DNA from: Utricularia gibba
Taxonomy: Eukaryota; Plantae; Magnoliophyta
Assembly: GCA_002189035.1 (NCBI GenBank)
Contig: NEEC01000009.1
Coordinates: 1,612,001 to 1,676,000 of the forward strand
DNA length: 64,000 bases
Reading direction: 5' to 3'
Shown: piece after piece, positions 1-12,517 of the stretch
How positions within the stretch are numbered: the first letter of the stretch is position 1
Layout: the number at the start of each line of letters is the position of its first letter
The notes under the pieces: model-generated
The model's input: the letters and a program-made list of their open reading frames with translations, nothing else
Databases searched by the model: none
Told to the model about the DNA's origin: nothing
Made by a program: the position numbers and the translations under genes

Positions 1-306
1 AAGTACGCAACTGCCGCCTTCCAACTGGACACCAAGCGACACGGATCCGTCGTCCCTTTTGCTCCACTATTGCAGTTCTCCGACAAAAAAAGGAGCTCAG
101 GCGTGTTCATGGCTAATGTCGCCGGCGTTGGAGGGAAACCCACATTTTGCGCCCCTCGGAACTCGAACCAGGAGGGGCTCTGGAGAGACCGGAGTTTTAA
201 TGTAATTTCAAGTAAAATAGCCATTAAGTTTAATGGATAGGAGCTGGGGGGTTGCTGTTGTGTAGTGCGGTCCTTCATAGGCTATTTGAAAGGGAAAATT
301 CCATTT

Positions 307-2527
307 CTAGGAGTCACTGGAACCAACGCCTACAATTTCCTTGACATTGTTGATCATTTTCAGCACCTGCCACATCGTTGGCCGCTGCTCAGGAGATGTG
401 ATGCTGCAGAAGCTAGCGACCTCAACCAGCATCCTAAGCCTCATGTCATCCTCTCCCTCGTTGTCTCGCATTGCCCGAACCCAGTCGGGCAAGTCCGGTG
501 GTGCTAGAAGCGGGTGCTGGGATGGATGCTTCCCTGAGAGGAGCTCCAGAAGTAGGACCCCAAAAGCATATACATCAGACTTCGGAGTAGAAAAATGGGC
601 AGATTTTCGAGTTTCGGGTGCTCGATAGTTGTCTGACTCTTGATCGTTATCCAAGGAAGTGTAGACGATAGGAGAAAGGCAGTAGTCAGCCAAGCAGGCC
701 TCGAAATCGGACCCCAGAAGAACATTGGAGGACTTGAGGTTGCCATGGATGAACCTTGATGCTTGATGGATGTAAGCCAGGCCTTTTGCCACATCCTCTG
801 CAATTTTGAGGCAGGATGTCCAGTGTAGAGGCTTTCCCTTGGTCGATCTCGAACCTGCAACACCAAACAGTAGACAACGAAATGTTAGCTACAAACTACC
901 CCCTCTCCACTCACTAGGTGAGACAATAGTGTAGTTACACATGTAAATGACATGCAATTTTCAACAAAATCTCGCATGGTTCCAAGACTGAATCAGGACA
1001 TACAATATTTCAGAGTAACATGATCAATTGGAATGTTAAACATACAGTGCAGAGCCTGTAAAATCTCCCCACCTTTGCTGTTCAACGTAAGGATGCATAT
1101 AACTATACTAACTACACAGGGTGCTTCTCAGAAAGCAGAAAAAGAGTTACCATGAATCAGATTGAACAAGCTTCCATTGGGTTGGTAATCATAGATTATC
1201 AATCTTTCTTGTTTGGCTCGAAAATAAGCTCTGATAGGAACCAAATTTGGATGTCTGAGAACTCCAACGGATTCCATGTGTTGCTCAAATGCTTCCTCAC
1301 TGATAATCGCGGTTTTTCTTGAATCCAATCTCTTCAGAGATACCGCGAATTGGTTTGCCATCACAGCTTTATATGTCGTACCAATGGTGCCTCTTCCTAA
1401 AAGCTCAGCTGAGGCCTTCATCAGTTGATCCAAAGTGTATTGTTCTTCCTCCACTGAAAAGAATTTCAAATTCCCTCCTGCAAATCGGTTGCCGACGTTT
1501 TTTCTGACTCCGGAGGTGTTTTCAGGTTGGATTGAGAAGAATGATGTCGTTTCACTCGAAGCTTTTAGATCCGCAGTTCTTTCTTCTGCCTTGAATTGAA
1601 TCTGCAACGTCTCTTCACTTTCCTCTTCTCTCCTTCTGTTTTTGAAAAGTGCAAATACACTCACCAATACAGCAATGAGAATCAGAGTTCCTGTAAACAA
1701 GCCAAGAATCAGCCCCAATTTAACACGACGCTTTCTTTTATCTGGAGTAGACGTCCCAGATGATTGTGCGTTTTGCAAAAGGGGTGATGGAGAAGGCAAT
1801 GGGACAGCGGCGGCGGAGGAGGAAGATGTGTTGAAAAAATCTGAATGCCGACAAGGAACATTGACGACTTCCCCACACAAGTTAGGATTATGCAGAAACG
1901 AAAATATGGTGAGTTTCTTCAAGGTTGGGGTCAAAGGAATTTGACCAGAAAGATTGTTATGCGAAACATTGAACACCGTCAAATTCGTCTGATTCAACGG
2001 CGGAATAAGCCCAGAAAACCGATTGAATTCGAGATGGAGAGATTCCAACTGAGAAAAACCAGTCAAATTCACCGGCAAAAAGCCGGTAAAGTTATTACGG
2101 GACAAGTCAAGAACTTGCAGGCGACCGAGGAACAAGACAGATGGAGGGAACTCCCCGGAAAAATAATTGCGACCCAATAATAAAGTCTTGAGATTGACCA
2201 GACCCGAAAAGTCGGGTACAGGGCCTGCAAGCGAATTGTTCTTCAGATTCAGAACCCGGAGCTGGTCTAAGCGACTGAGGGTGGCCTCCGCAACGCCGCC
2301 GCGAAGACCGAAGCTTTGTGCGTCGTACCGCACCACTCTCCCTTGCGCACATTTGACTCCCCGCCACTCACAGTGGTCAAAAGACTTGTTTATGTTGTAG
2401 CGGAGGACGTTATTCAAGTCCGCCGCCACCTTGAAGGCCACGAGACCGACGACATCAGGCGGAAGAGCCGCCGTGGAACCCCCCACCAACTGGAGAGGAG
2501 CAGCGATAGGAAAATTACACCGAGCAT
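307..2527 (-). CDS. Atypical (probably kinase-inactive) LRR receptor-like kinase, LRR-III type; 2 exons; apparent 1-bp frameshift just after the signal peptide
   Basis: Exon 1 is 2527..1151 and exon 2 is 854..307, with a GT-AG intron between them. It has LRRs ([16 protein letters not shown]), a TM helix ([25 protein letters not shown]) and a kinase domain ([12 protein letters not shown]; HGNLKSSN lacks the HRD Asp; ADY replaces DFG). The ATG at 2527 ([14 protein letters not shown]) is out of frame with the main ORF, and adding one base in the C6 run at 2479-2484 restores the frame. Confidence 0.9.
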
Positions 2528-3189
2528 CTCTCGTCGCCGTCGTCGGAGCTCAACGGCGGTGGAGAATGCGGTGCAGCTGCGAACTCGAAAGCTTTTGAAA
2601 AGACCCAAAGCTGGTTGATTCCAGTTGATGTAAAAATTTAAGGAATTAAAAAATAATTATTATTCAGCTCATAAAGTATTAAAAAAATCAGTATAATGAC
2701 GGCGACACTTCTAATTTAAAAATCCTAAAATTAAATCTATTTTTAATAAGATCAGTGAAATTATTTCCACGTGCCCATAACACCCACCAAAACCCAATCA
2801 TTTTCTTCTTCATCCTCAACTAATCTCCTCCATTATCCTCAGTCCTCACATAATTGGCTGGTGGGTCTCATAATCCCCTTTGCTTTGGCAGCTTTAAGGC
2901 AGATTTGTTAGTGTGCTATACCAACTGTTGTCTTTTATTACCAAATGCAACTCTCTTCCTCTGTGTCATCACTTATCTGTGCTACAGAGAGATGGGGCCT
3001 GGAATCCATGGAAGTCCAGTCAGCTGTCAGCCTAACAGTAGCTTCACAGTTCAAGAATCAAAGTTTCACCATGGTGAAGGATTTTTATTCAACTCACTCT
3101 TCAAACAGAAGCAACACATTCCCATGAATGAGTTTAGTGACAGGAAGATAGAGAGCACCTTTGATGAATTGAATCACCTGATGTGTTGT

Positions 3190-6122
3190 TCATCGATCGC
3201 CTGTGGAGTAAAATGAATCAGTGAACTCCCGTTCCCGTGACTTGGAGGGCGAATCGTCCTTTGTTTCTCTGCTGGTTCTGCTGTAATCCGATCTACTAGT
3301 GTCCTCTTGCCAAGCTTTCAGGAGCAGGGGGAGTGGGGTGAGAGCAAAGCTTGCGCAGCTGTTTGAGGAGTGATCCATTTCCTGATATGGTTTCCATGTA
3401 TCCACCAGTTGAGCTAGCACGTTTGCAATGTATCCCATTTCAGGGCGATGATTGGGCTCTTTGATGGTGCAAAGAGCAGCTAATTCTGCTATTACGTGAA
3501 TGCTTTGGTAGATGTCTTCTTTTGCACCAAGAGCAGGATCAATGGAAGCAATCAGATCAGACTTGTTTGATTTTCTGGTAAGAAACCAGTTCACCAAGTA
3601 CTGATCTTCCTCCGGCCGATGAGCATCCAGCGCCGGTGATCCGGTCAGTAGCTCCATTAGTATCACCCCGAAGCTGAACACATCAACTTTGGTGGTAACT
3701 TTACCCATAACTGGAGACACAAAAGCTGCAGTTAAAAAGTATTGTGTAAGGGATGAAATGAGCTTGAACAACATTTAGCCACTTTACCTGCATACTCAGG
3801 AGCAAGGTATCCAAATGTTCCAGCCAGCTTTGTGGCAACAGTTCTCCCCTTATCAGGAACCAGCTTCACCAATCCGAAGTCTGAAACTTTCGCCCGGTAA
3901 CCATCACCGAGAAGTATGTTTGCAGATTTGAGATCTCGGTGAATGAAGCTTTGCTCTGTTAATGAATGGAGATACTCCACTCCTTTGGCAACATCAAGGG
4001 CGATAGCCAGTCTTGTTGTCCAACACAAAGGCTCCATTTTTAGGCTTTTCCAACGGAACAAATGTCTGCTTAGAGCCCCCTTTGGCATGCATTCATATAC
4101 CAGAAGCCTCTCATTTCCCTCAATGGAGTAACCTAAAAGAGAGACGAGGTTTCGGTGTCTGAGCTTCGAGAGGGAGGCAATTTCAGCTTGGAATTCAGCC
4201 AGGCCCTTGCTGCCTACCAGCCCTGCTTCCATTCTCTTGACAGCAATCTCTTTATCATCATCAAACTTGCCTCTGTAAACTACTCCAAACCCTCCCCGTC
4301 CGAGCTCATTTTCTCGAGCAAAATTGTTGGTCACTCTTTGAAGGAGGTGAAAAGAGAAAACAGGGTTTACTACCTCGATCACTTGATCATTATTCAATGC
4401 ATCACTCATCTTGGTTACCTTGCTACTACCTTGATGGGCCTCCTTTGAATATGCATCCTGTATGGCAATCTTTACCATGTCATCCGGATCCGATGAATCA
4501 GCGTCCATTGCAGTCACAGTGGAAAACTTTTTCATCATCTTTTTTACCCTCCTCCGGATGCATATCACCGATACCAATATTGCAAGAACAGAAAAACCTA
4601 CACAAGCTGAAGCTGCAACCAGAATGGCAACTACTCTGGGGTTTTTAGAGTTTTGCAGCATTGGCTGTCCATTACCATCAGATGAAGGAGATAAAGTATG
4701 ACCAGGAGCTAGTGATTCATTCCAATGGGAAAATGGTGACTCGGGAGTGGGAGAGGGTGCATCATGCAACAATTTCTGATTACCATCTATCACAACGATT
4801 ACAGCATTGCCAAACTTTGGCAGAGGTGGTTCAAACTCATTTCCAGTAACGTTTAACAGCTTTAGTGATCTCAGGCGGGTTAGTTCCTCCGGAACCACAC
4901 CCTCCAAACTGTTTCCTTCTAAGTGAATTCCAACTAACGAAGATAAGTCACCAAGAGAAGGACTCAGAGTACCATTAAGACCAAGATTAGGGAGATTTAT
5001 GATTGAAACTTGGTTGTGAATGCAAGTGATCCCCCACCATGGTTTACTACAAGGATCATCACCTGTCCAATCAGAGGCAAGTGTTTTTGGATAGTTCAAG
5101 TAATGAAGAAAATCCAGAAGAGCACTAACTTCAGGAGAGCATTCCTGACCAGGAATATCAGAACAGAAGGAATTGGAATCTAGTTTGACATCTGCAGTTC
5201 TGAACTTCGGTATCGATCCCATGAGCATATTATTGCTCAAATCAAGTACTTCAAGGTTCAAAGTAGACAACCCTTGTGGAATCAACCCAACTAGTTGATT
5301 TCTATTCAATCTGAGATCCTTAAGAGAAGTTAAATTCCCAATATTCTCTGGAATCGACCCTGTAAACTGATTTCCATGAAGCCAGAGTTTAGTTAAACCA
5401 ACCATACTACCAATGACTTCAATAGTTCCTGATAATCCGTCCCCTTTCTGATCATTCAAACACAAAATTTGCAACATCATGCTATTAACACTACTCGGTA
5501 TTTCTCCAGTGAATGCATTCCCGGAAAGCGTCAGCACTCTCAGAGATGATAACATGCTGATAAAATCCGGAATCTGACCAACTAAATTACAGTTCCAGCA
5601 AGAAAAATTTGCCAGCTGAGTGAGCTCACCCAGCTCACTAGGTAAACTCCAACCAAAACTCCTATTCAAAGGGTTGTTATCCAAAGCAAGAACACGAATA
5701 CTACTTAGCCCGTGAAAAAAATCGGCAGGAATAGTATCAAAATCGTTGAAATCTAAGTATGCGTATTGCAGATTAGACAAACCACTGAAAGATGGCAAAA
5801 TCCCACTGAAATTGTTCTTCTGGAGACCAAGGTTTTGCAGCATTTTTAACTGATTAAGATTCTGAGGCAGCTGCCCTTTCAATCCCAGGCCCCGCACCTG
5901 AATTTGGGTGACACTTCCATCAGCGCAAAATACATGAGGCCAAAGGGGAGGGCCGCAAGGATCATTCCCCTGATCAGGCCATTCAAGAAGATGCGGATTT
6001 TCTAACCCATTTCTGAAATCGTTCAAAACAGTGAAATCATTTGGATTCGTGAAGCAAGAAGCCATTCCCATAGTGAGAGTAACCAGAAAAATGTGACGAA
6101 ACTTCATTGGATCAAAATGCAC
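3190..6122 (-). CDS. TMK: TMK/BARK1-type LRR receptor kinase; 2 exons
   Basis: It has a signal peptide, two LRR blocks split by a Cys-pair island (DPCSKPWWGITC), a TM helix and an active kinase (GRGGFGVVY, AVKRM, HRDLKSAN, DFG, GTFGYLAPEYA). The 77-nt intron 3787..3711 joins APEYA to VMGKVTTKVDVFSFG, as in the TMK family. Confidence 0.93.
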
Positions 6123-6416
6123 TCGTAAACTGACTCAACTCACTCTTCTCCTTCAATTAAGGATGAAGAGGCTTGGAAAAAAATACCCACCAGGGGCAGT
6201 GTATGATTTATCGCCAATGCGGTTACGCAGCGAGAAAACAAGTGACGGGAAATTTGGATCTTCAGCCATGATTGTAGCCTGAACGAAAAAATGGTGATGA
6301 TTCTGTTTGTTTCACAAATAAAAAACGAATAATGATTTTCGAAAATAGTTAACGGATATCTGGACTCTGGAAGAACCTCTGGTTAGGTTAGTCAACATGT
6401 CATGTTCATGATCCCA

Positions 6417-7762
6417 TCAAGAACAAAACTGTTGCCTGAATCCAAACCGCTGGTTCAGGAGATCGAATTCAAGGAAAAAGTTCTGCACAAACAAGTTTCC
6501 GAGTATAACCGCCGGCCCTCTCGGTGCCGTCTCTGGACCCATCGGCGTTCCATCGGAGACGGCGGCGAAGCACAAAGCTTCGTTCTCGCCGTCTCTCACC
6601 CGGGCGAAGTAGTTTTCCAACGGGAGCACCATTTTCCCCCTCCCTTGAAATGAAGCTTCAGTTGTGGAATCATCTTTGTGGAATTTCGTCCAACATCTTG
6701 GAAGCAGGGACTCAACCCTGACGCAGTCTCCATTTTTGAACTTCTGTTGTACGCTTTCACTTGCTCCGCAAACACTTCCGAGACGGATCGGAACACCGCC
6801 CTTGTCATGTAAGTCAGAGTTGAACCGGAATCCACGATCGTTCCGCCGTTGCCGGTGGAGATTTCTTGGTAATCGACATCAACCTTCTTCCCGCCGATGG
6901 TGAATTTCCTCAATCCGACGTAGTAATACTCAGATAACCCGGTTTTCTCCGGTAGATTAGGGTTTTTCAGAAACGGCGTGTAGGTAAGATTCTGTGTCTT
7001 ATGATGGGAATTTGATTCTGAGTCCATCAACAACAAGCTGCTTCTTGGATTTCCATCAAATCTGTGGGGAACTAAGCAGTAGGAGAATTTCTTCAACCCT
7101 AATTGACTCGGGATCGAGGCTTTACCGCGGCCGAAGCCAGCGATCCCCGCCGGCAGATTTGCGGCGTAAACAGAGCATCCGATCAGAAAATCAGGTACAC
7201 TCTTCTCACTGGAAAATGTCAACGTGTCCACCATCGCCACTCCTCCGGTGGACCCAGAGCCGTAGAGAATGACATACGGCGGACATATTTCTGTGCAGTT
7301 GTTCTTTTCCTGCAACCGGCAGTTGGGGCAACTTGTTTGAGAATCAAAGGATTTATGAATCCAATTACACTTGGGATTCAAACACCCCACGATTCTCGCG
7401 GAGGACGATTGTCTCGGCATGAAAGGAGATGAGATGGAGCAGTGATCGCAACGGTAGCTGTAGGTACAGGGTAACCAAGACATGGTGCTGCCGGTGTCCA
7501 TGAACATGGAGAGGTGCTGCGGCGGCGTGCCAAAGCCGAGAATGATGGAGTAGGCTCCGGCGAAGGGTGAAAGCGGCGCGGAGGAGGTGTATCCATTTTT
7601 GAGGTGGCGAGCTCTGGCTATGGCAGTGGAGGCAAGGAGTGTAATTCTGTGGAAGGGGTTTGTTGGGTGAAGCAAGAGGGTAACAGCAACAGATGCATCA
7701 GAAACCGAGGAGAACAAAGAAAGGAAAAGGGAGAGAACCAGGACTCCAAACATGGACGCCAT
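6417..7762 (-). CDS. Secreted A1 (pepsin/nepenthesin-like) aspartic protease, intronless, with apparent 1-bp frameshift near the C-terminus
   Basis: It has a signal peptide, both catalytic motifs (MDTGS, VDSGST) and a Cys-rich nepenthesin-type insert. The C-terminal part (MVLPLENYF...VILGNLFVQNFFLEFDLLNQRFGFRQQFCS) lies in the adjacent frame, and one extra base in the C5 run at 6636-6640 joins the two. Confidence 0.9.
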
Positions 7763-8516
7763 CAGCGATGTGGCTTCAGCTTCGGGGATGGAGGAAAGAA
7801 AAGAGGGAGACGGATGAATGAATCTCTGAAACGACTAAATGCAGGTTCACGGGGTTTGAAACACGCGCAGCTCACCGCAACTCCGACTCACGAGACCTGG
7901 AACGTGATCTCAAAGGCGGCGATTGAGGTGAAGATTGCAGAACCATTGATAGAAACCTTCCTGTAAAACGAACGCAAATGGGCTTGATTACATTACTGTT
8001 GCAAAACTAGGCAACAGCTGCACATGCTGACCTCTGGGTTTGAGTGGGCGATGATTGACAGACAGCCAAGCCAAATCATTGATGAGTTGTGGTGGCAAAA
8101 GAAAATGCGCACATGTTTTGATTTCGGGTCTCCACCCGGCTAACGCACACTGAATTCCCTGCTGGGCTGGCGGTTACTCGATGACTGTACAGAGAAGGCC
8201 CGTCCCCCTTCTTGGGCCGCCGTCTCTTGGTTTCTGGTGTCTTTATTACTAATTTGATATGTTAAAATAGGAAGCACGTGGGTGAAATGGAGTCGGCGCG
8301 TGCGTTCTCTCGACCTACTGGGTATGGAAATAGGCAGGATGGCACTCCGTAGTCTACGCCACGGGCTTTGACTGAGACTGAATTCAGTCAATGAATGCCA
8401 CCTCGTGAAACTTCTCTTCTCCTTCCTCCCAACACTGGTATAAAACACTTTCTTTCTTTCTTCTTCTTCGTCATCCACTCAAACACGGCTCAAAGTCAGA
8501 AGCTTGTTCTGCTTCC

Positions 8517-9343
8517 ATGGCCATGGCTTCCTTCGAGGAGAGTAGACCCGTAAAGATCCGCGAAGTTTGGTCACATAACCTCGAATTCGAGTTCTGCATC
8601 ATCTCCCAGCTCATCGATCGTTACCCTTTCGTTGCGATGGACACTGAGTTCCCCGGAGTCATTTTCAAGCTGCCGCCGCCGTGGACCCGCTCCTCCGCGG
8701 ATCATTACAGCACGCTCAAATCCAACGTGGACGCCCTCAACATCATCCAGATCGGGCTCACGCTCTCGGATTCTTTTGGGAATCTCCCGGATCTCGGCTC
8801 CGGCGACCGATACATCTGGCAATTCAATTTCTCTGATTTCGATGTGGCGCGTGACCCACACTCTCCGGACTCCATCGATTTGCTCCGCGCCCACGGCATC
8901 GACTTCGACAGGAACCGCACCGACGGGATCCAATCGGCGCGGTTCGCCGAGCTGATGATGGCATCCGGCTTGGTGTGCAACGAGCGCGTCAGCTGGGTCA
9001 CGTTTCACAGCGCGTACGATTTCGGCTACCTGGTGAAGATCCTCACGCGCCGCCTACTCCCAACGGGGCTCCCGACTTCCTCGCCGTTCTCAGAGCGCTA
9101 TTCGGGAGAAACGTGTACGATGTGAAGTATATGATACGGTTCTGCCATAGCTTGCACGGCGGACTGGACCGCGTCGCATCCGCCTTGAACGTGAACCGGG
9201 TTGTCGGAAAGTGCCACCAAGCAGGCTCCGACAGTCTCCTGACGTGGCACGCTTTTCAGAGGATGAAAGATGTGTATTTCTACGGGCACGCGCACAGAAG
9301 ATACGCTGGGATTCTCTACGGCTTAGAACTAGAGGGACACTAA
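8517..9343 (+). CDS. CAF1: CCR4-associated factor 1 (CAF1/POP2) deadenylase, intronless, with apparent 1-bp frameshift
   Basis: DEDD nuclease motifs are present ([28 protein letters not shown]). The frame switches at 9065-9073 (GGGGCTCCC), and one extra base gives a continuous ORF. Confidence 0.92.
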
Positions 9344-9696
9344 AGGAAGTGTCAAAAACAAGAACCAGTGAAATTGCATATTTTATTCTTTAAAATAAGC
9401 ATTCTGAGTTGCCGATAAATAGCAGAAATTAACTCATTGCTTTTACTGTACACATGTTATCACGCAGATGAAGTCTAAGTTATTTTGATTAAATTACCAA
9501 ACACAAAACAAAAGCCGTTGATGATACCAGAAAGCCAAAGAAATGCATGCCAAAGATATTTGCATTGACTAAGAAACAGGTATTTATCAGGAGTCTACAC
9601 TACAGGAAAACTTGTTTTAGTCCTATGGGGAGGTCATAGTATAGACGCTTTGGATGTACAGTTCAGGGAGACTTCAGGCTACCTTCAGTTTCAAGA

Positions 9697-11934
9697 TCAC
9701 TGGTGCGGGTTCGTCATTGCTCGGTAAACCATATCAATGAAGCGATCATCCTGATGAATAGGAAGGAAAGCATACATGGTAATTAAGGAAGCACGAAGGG
9801 GTGAAAGTCACAAGGCATGTGTGTTACCTGCACGAGCGACTGAAGTGCCTGCTGGACTTTATCTCTTCTCAAGGAGCCGTATCTTGGTTCAGTGATGGAA
9901 GCTGGAGTTAGTGATGGAGGCAGGGGCGTGGGGGGTGGGAATGGCTGCAGCAGTGGCGTACCATACGGTCTATGTAGATTCAGAGGAGTAAATTGTGGTG
10001 CGGATGGTAGAGATCCTGAAACGACCGGCATGATCAATGAGGGAGATGAAGAAGGTGGGCTGAAAAGAGAAGCTGGTCTCACTGGATCGGCCGAAAGTTT
10101 CGTTTCAGTATTGGACTGGGTACCTCCAAGGATAGACGAAAAAGGGTTAGGCACAGGAATAGTAGATTGATTTGGAAAAGCTGGTACGGTTGCTGAGACA
10201 CCAGTTTGCGTTTGAGTTGGAGGAATAGTACTAGCAGTGAGGCCGTGTGGCTGCATAATATTTGGAGCAACTCCGAGGTTCATGACTGTCTGCAGATAAG
10301 TTAGCAAGATCCATGGTAATAATGCGACAAATCATACTAAGGGAGTTTAGAAAGGAAAGGAAATGAAGGATATATACACTGAAAAAGTTGACAAAAGCAG
10401 AATCTTCAGGAACATTTGCCAAGTTATCAGCAGTTAAAGGTGGCTCTAAAGGGCCTTCTATTGTTGGCAACGTAGGAACTGCCTCCGGTTCTTTGAGCTC
10501 ACTGCTGGAAATGTATTTTATCAAACATAACAACTTCTATCACCGAAAAGAACTCACACTTATAATGTGTAAAGATTATAGGTGAAAATTATGAATCACA
10601 AGCTTAAAAAGCATTACAAAATCGTAATTATATGCTCTGTCAAATTCAAAAACACTCTCTCGTAATCATTTGGGTCCCAAAATCTTAAACGAGACGTTAA
10701 TGGACACATGAACCAGAGTCTAAGACTGATAGACATGAAAGATAGTTACCTTTGCGTTGAAGATTCCTTTGACTTGGAAGGAACCTTAGCATATGCATTG
10801 AGAATCCTAGAGAAAAGGTAAAAGACGGTAGCATATAAACATGATGAATAAAAGATGACACATAATAAGTGAACCAGCATCACAGTTGCCACGAAATATA
10901 ACTTGAAAACTGTGGAACCATGTGTTTCGATGTTAAATTTTAAAATTAGCAAATACACCACTCCATCACACAAGAGGGACCTGACGAGAACCAACCTTCG
11001 AAATAGGTTTGCAACCAACTCACATTCATGTGCATCATAGAACCATATGCCATTTACTTCCTGAGAAGCATTTCGATATAAAAGGTAAGGAACCTGCACA
11101 TCATATTCGAAATCCCCCAGCAAATCCTCGACAAGATTATCTGCTTGAAAGGAGTAAACTATCTTTTTAGTATCCACAGTAAAAAATAATGCCAACCTTA
11201 CAGGAGTCCTCATACAACTAAAAAGAAAAAGAAATCTACAAGATAAATTGAGGGCGCTACACTATCTTTGCATTGCTCATGTTATCACATCAAAAAATCC
11301 AGGAGAAGGGCACTCAGCCATACACAGTTTCATCTAGTCATCTAATCCACAGATGCAATTCGTTGCTCACAACAGGATGATAGCATATAAATGCTCATCG
11401 GATCAAAAAGATTGCCAATCAAACTTATTAGCGATCAAAGAGTGAGTAACGAACCCATGTTGCGACGATTCATTACTATAAACTGGAAACGCGGTTGATC
11501 ATTCCTGCGCAAAGAAAAGCATCCAACATTACAGTACCTTGCACGAAAAAGAAGAATTCCACCACTCCACAATTTAAAATTCCCAATTACCCAGATTAAC
11601 AGTGAACCCAACAGCTAACTAAAACAGACAAAACCCTAACCTTTTCACGACAAAGAGTGATCCTTCCACCCCCTTTCGGGCCTGCCAACCAAGATTCACG
11701 AACTAGCATCACTAGATACTTGGGTAAAAGAAAACCCATATCCAAATTGATTCAACACAGTGATCAGCATCGTACCCATTGACTAGTGTCAATATTAAAT
11801 TCATAAAAGGTGACGTGAGCCGCAGTCAAAAGAATCTCCTCCACGTAGGGATCAATCCTCTGTAGAACTGTCAAATTCAACACCTTCGTTGTCTTCTCAT
11901 CCAAATTAGGCATCAATTTCCCGCTCTGCTTCAT
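9697..11934 (-). CDS. DCP1: mRNA-decapping enzyme subunit DCP1
   Basis: Exon 1 (11934..11776) reads MKQSGKLMPNLDEKTTKVLNLTVLQRIDPYVEEILLTAAHVTFYEFNIDTSQW. Later exons read ARKGVEGSLFVVKR, NDQPRFQFIVMNRRNM and NLVEDLLGDFEYDVQVPYLLYRNASQEVNGIWFY (EVH1 domain), then a Pro-rich linker and the C-terminal trimerisation domain ending DDRFIDMVYRAMTNPHQ*. Confidence 0.93.
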
Positions 11935-12517
11935 TTTCCTTGGCTAATACAAGAAAATCAGATAATGAAATTACAAGGAAACTCCGGGAACCTCCTCTTC
12001 TTTTCACTGATACGTATTCGGTATTCCAGTTGCTCGTCCTCGTGCCAGAAAAACATCTAAGAGGGCTTTCCGGTCACCACCGTGAAGAGACCTCGTTCAC
12101 GAAAGAGGCTTCGGGCCGAATAAATGCTTGAGAAGGAGATCATTGAGGCCTTCAAATCTATATAGTATACTATTCTTTATTTCTTTATTATTACATAAAC
12201 GAATGGAGTTGGTCACAAAATTGTTATATACAGGAGTCCGTATCCGAATCCCGTACCCAGGATCCGACTCCCATATTTGACCCGAATCCGAGTATCATGC
12301 CACTTCTGATTGGATTCTGCTAGCACAAGTGCATGCAATGCACCACAGCCAGAAGAGGAATGGAGGGAGAAGAGTAGTAGGTAACTTATTGCGCTTTGAT
12401 AGCACTCATATAGCGTCAACCAGCAGGCCACAGTAAACGGGATACAAACTGCAAAACTATAAACTACACGTAGTGACGGGAGGGAAAGGAAAAGTGATGC
12501 AACCAGAAAAAACATAC

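Noticed and set aside
1-240. Open frame at the window edge (KYATAAFQLDTKRH...)
   Set aside because: No recognisable family, and it is truncated by the window, so it cannot be supported as a gene.
3040-3070. CAGTTCAAGAA, a partial complement to miR396
   Set aside because: Only 11 nt match, the rest diverges, and there is no foldback. It lies in the TMK 3' region.
7604-8478. Short ORFs in the protease/CAF1 intergenic region, and most other sub-130 aa ORFs in the track
   Set aside because: They are antisense or off-frame shadows of real genes, or low-complexity UTR/intron sequence with no family motifs.
12240-12300. Repeated CCGAATCC/CCGACTCC motifs, with similar CCGG-rich patches near 31410, 45305 and 48415
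   Set aside because: They resemble MITE-end motifs, but I could not define paired TIRs or target-site duplications.
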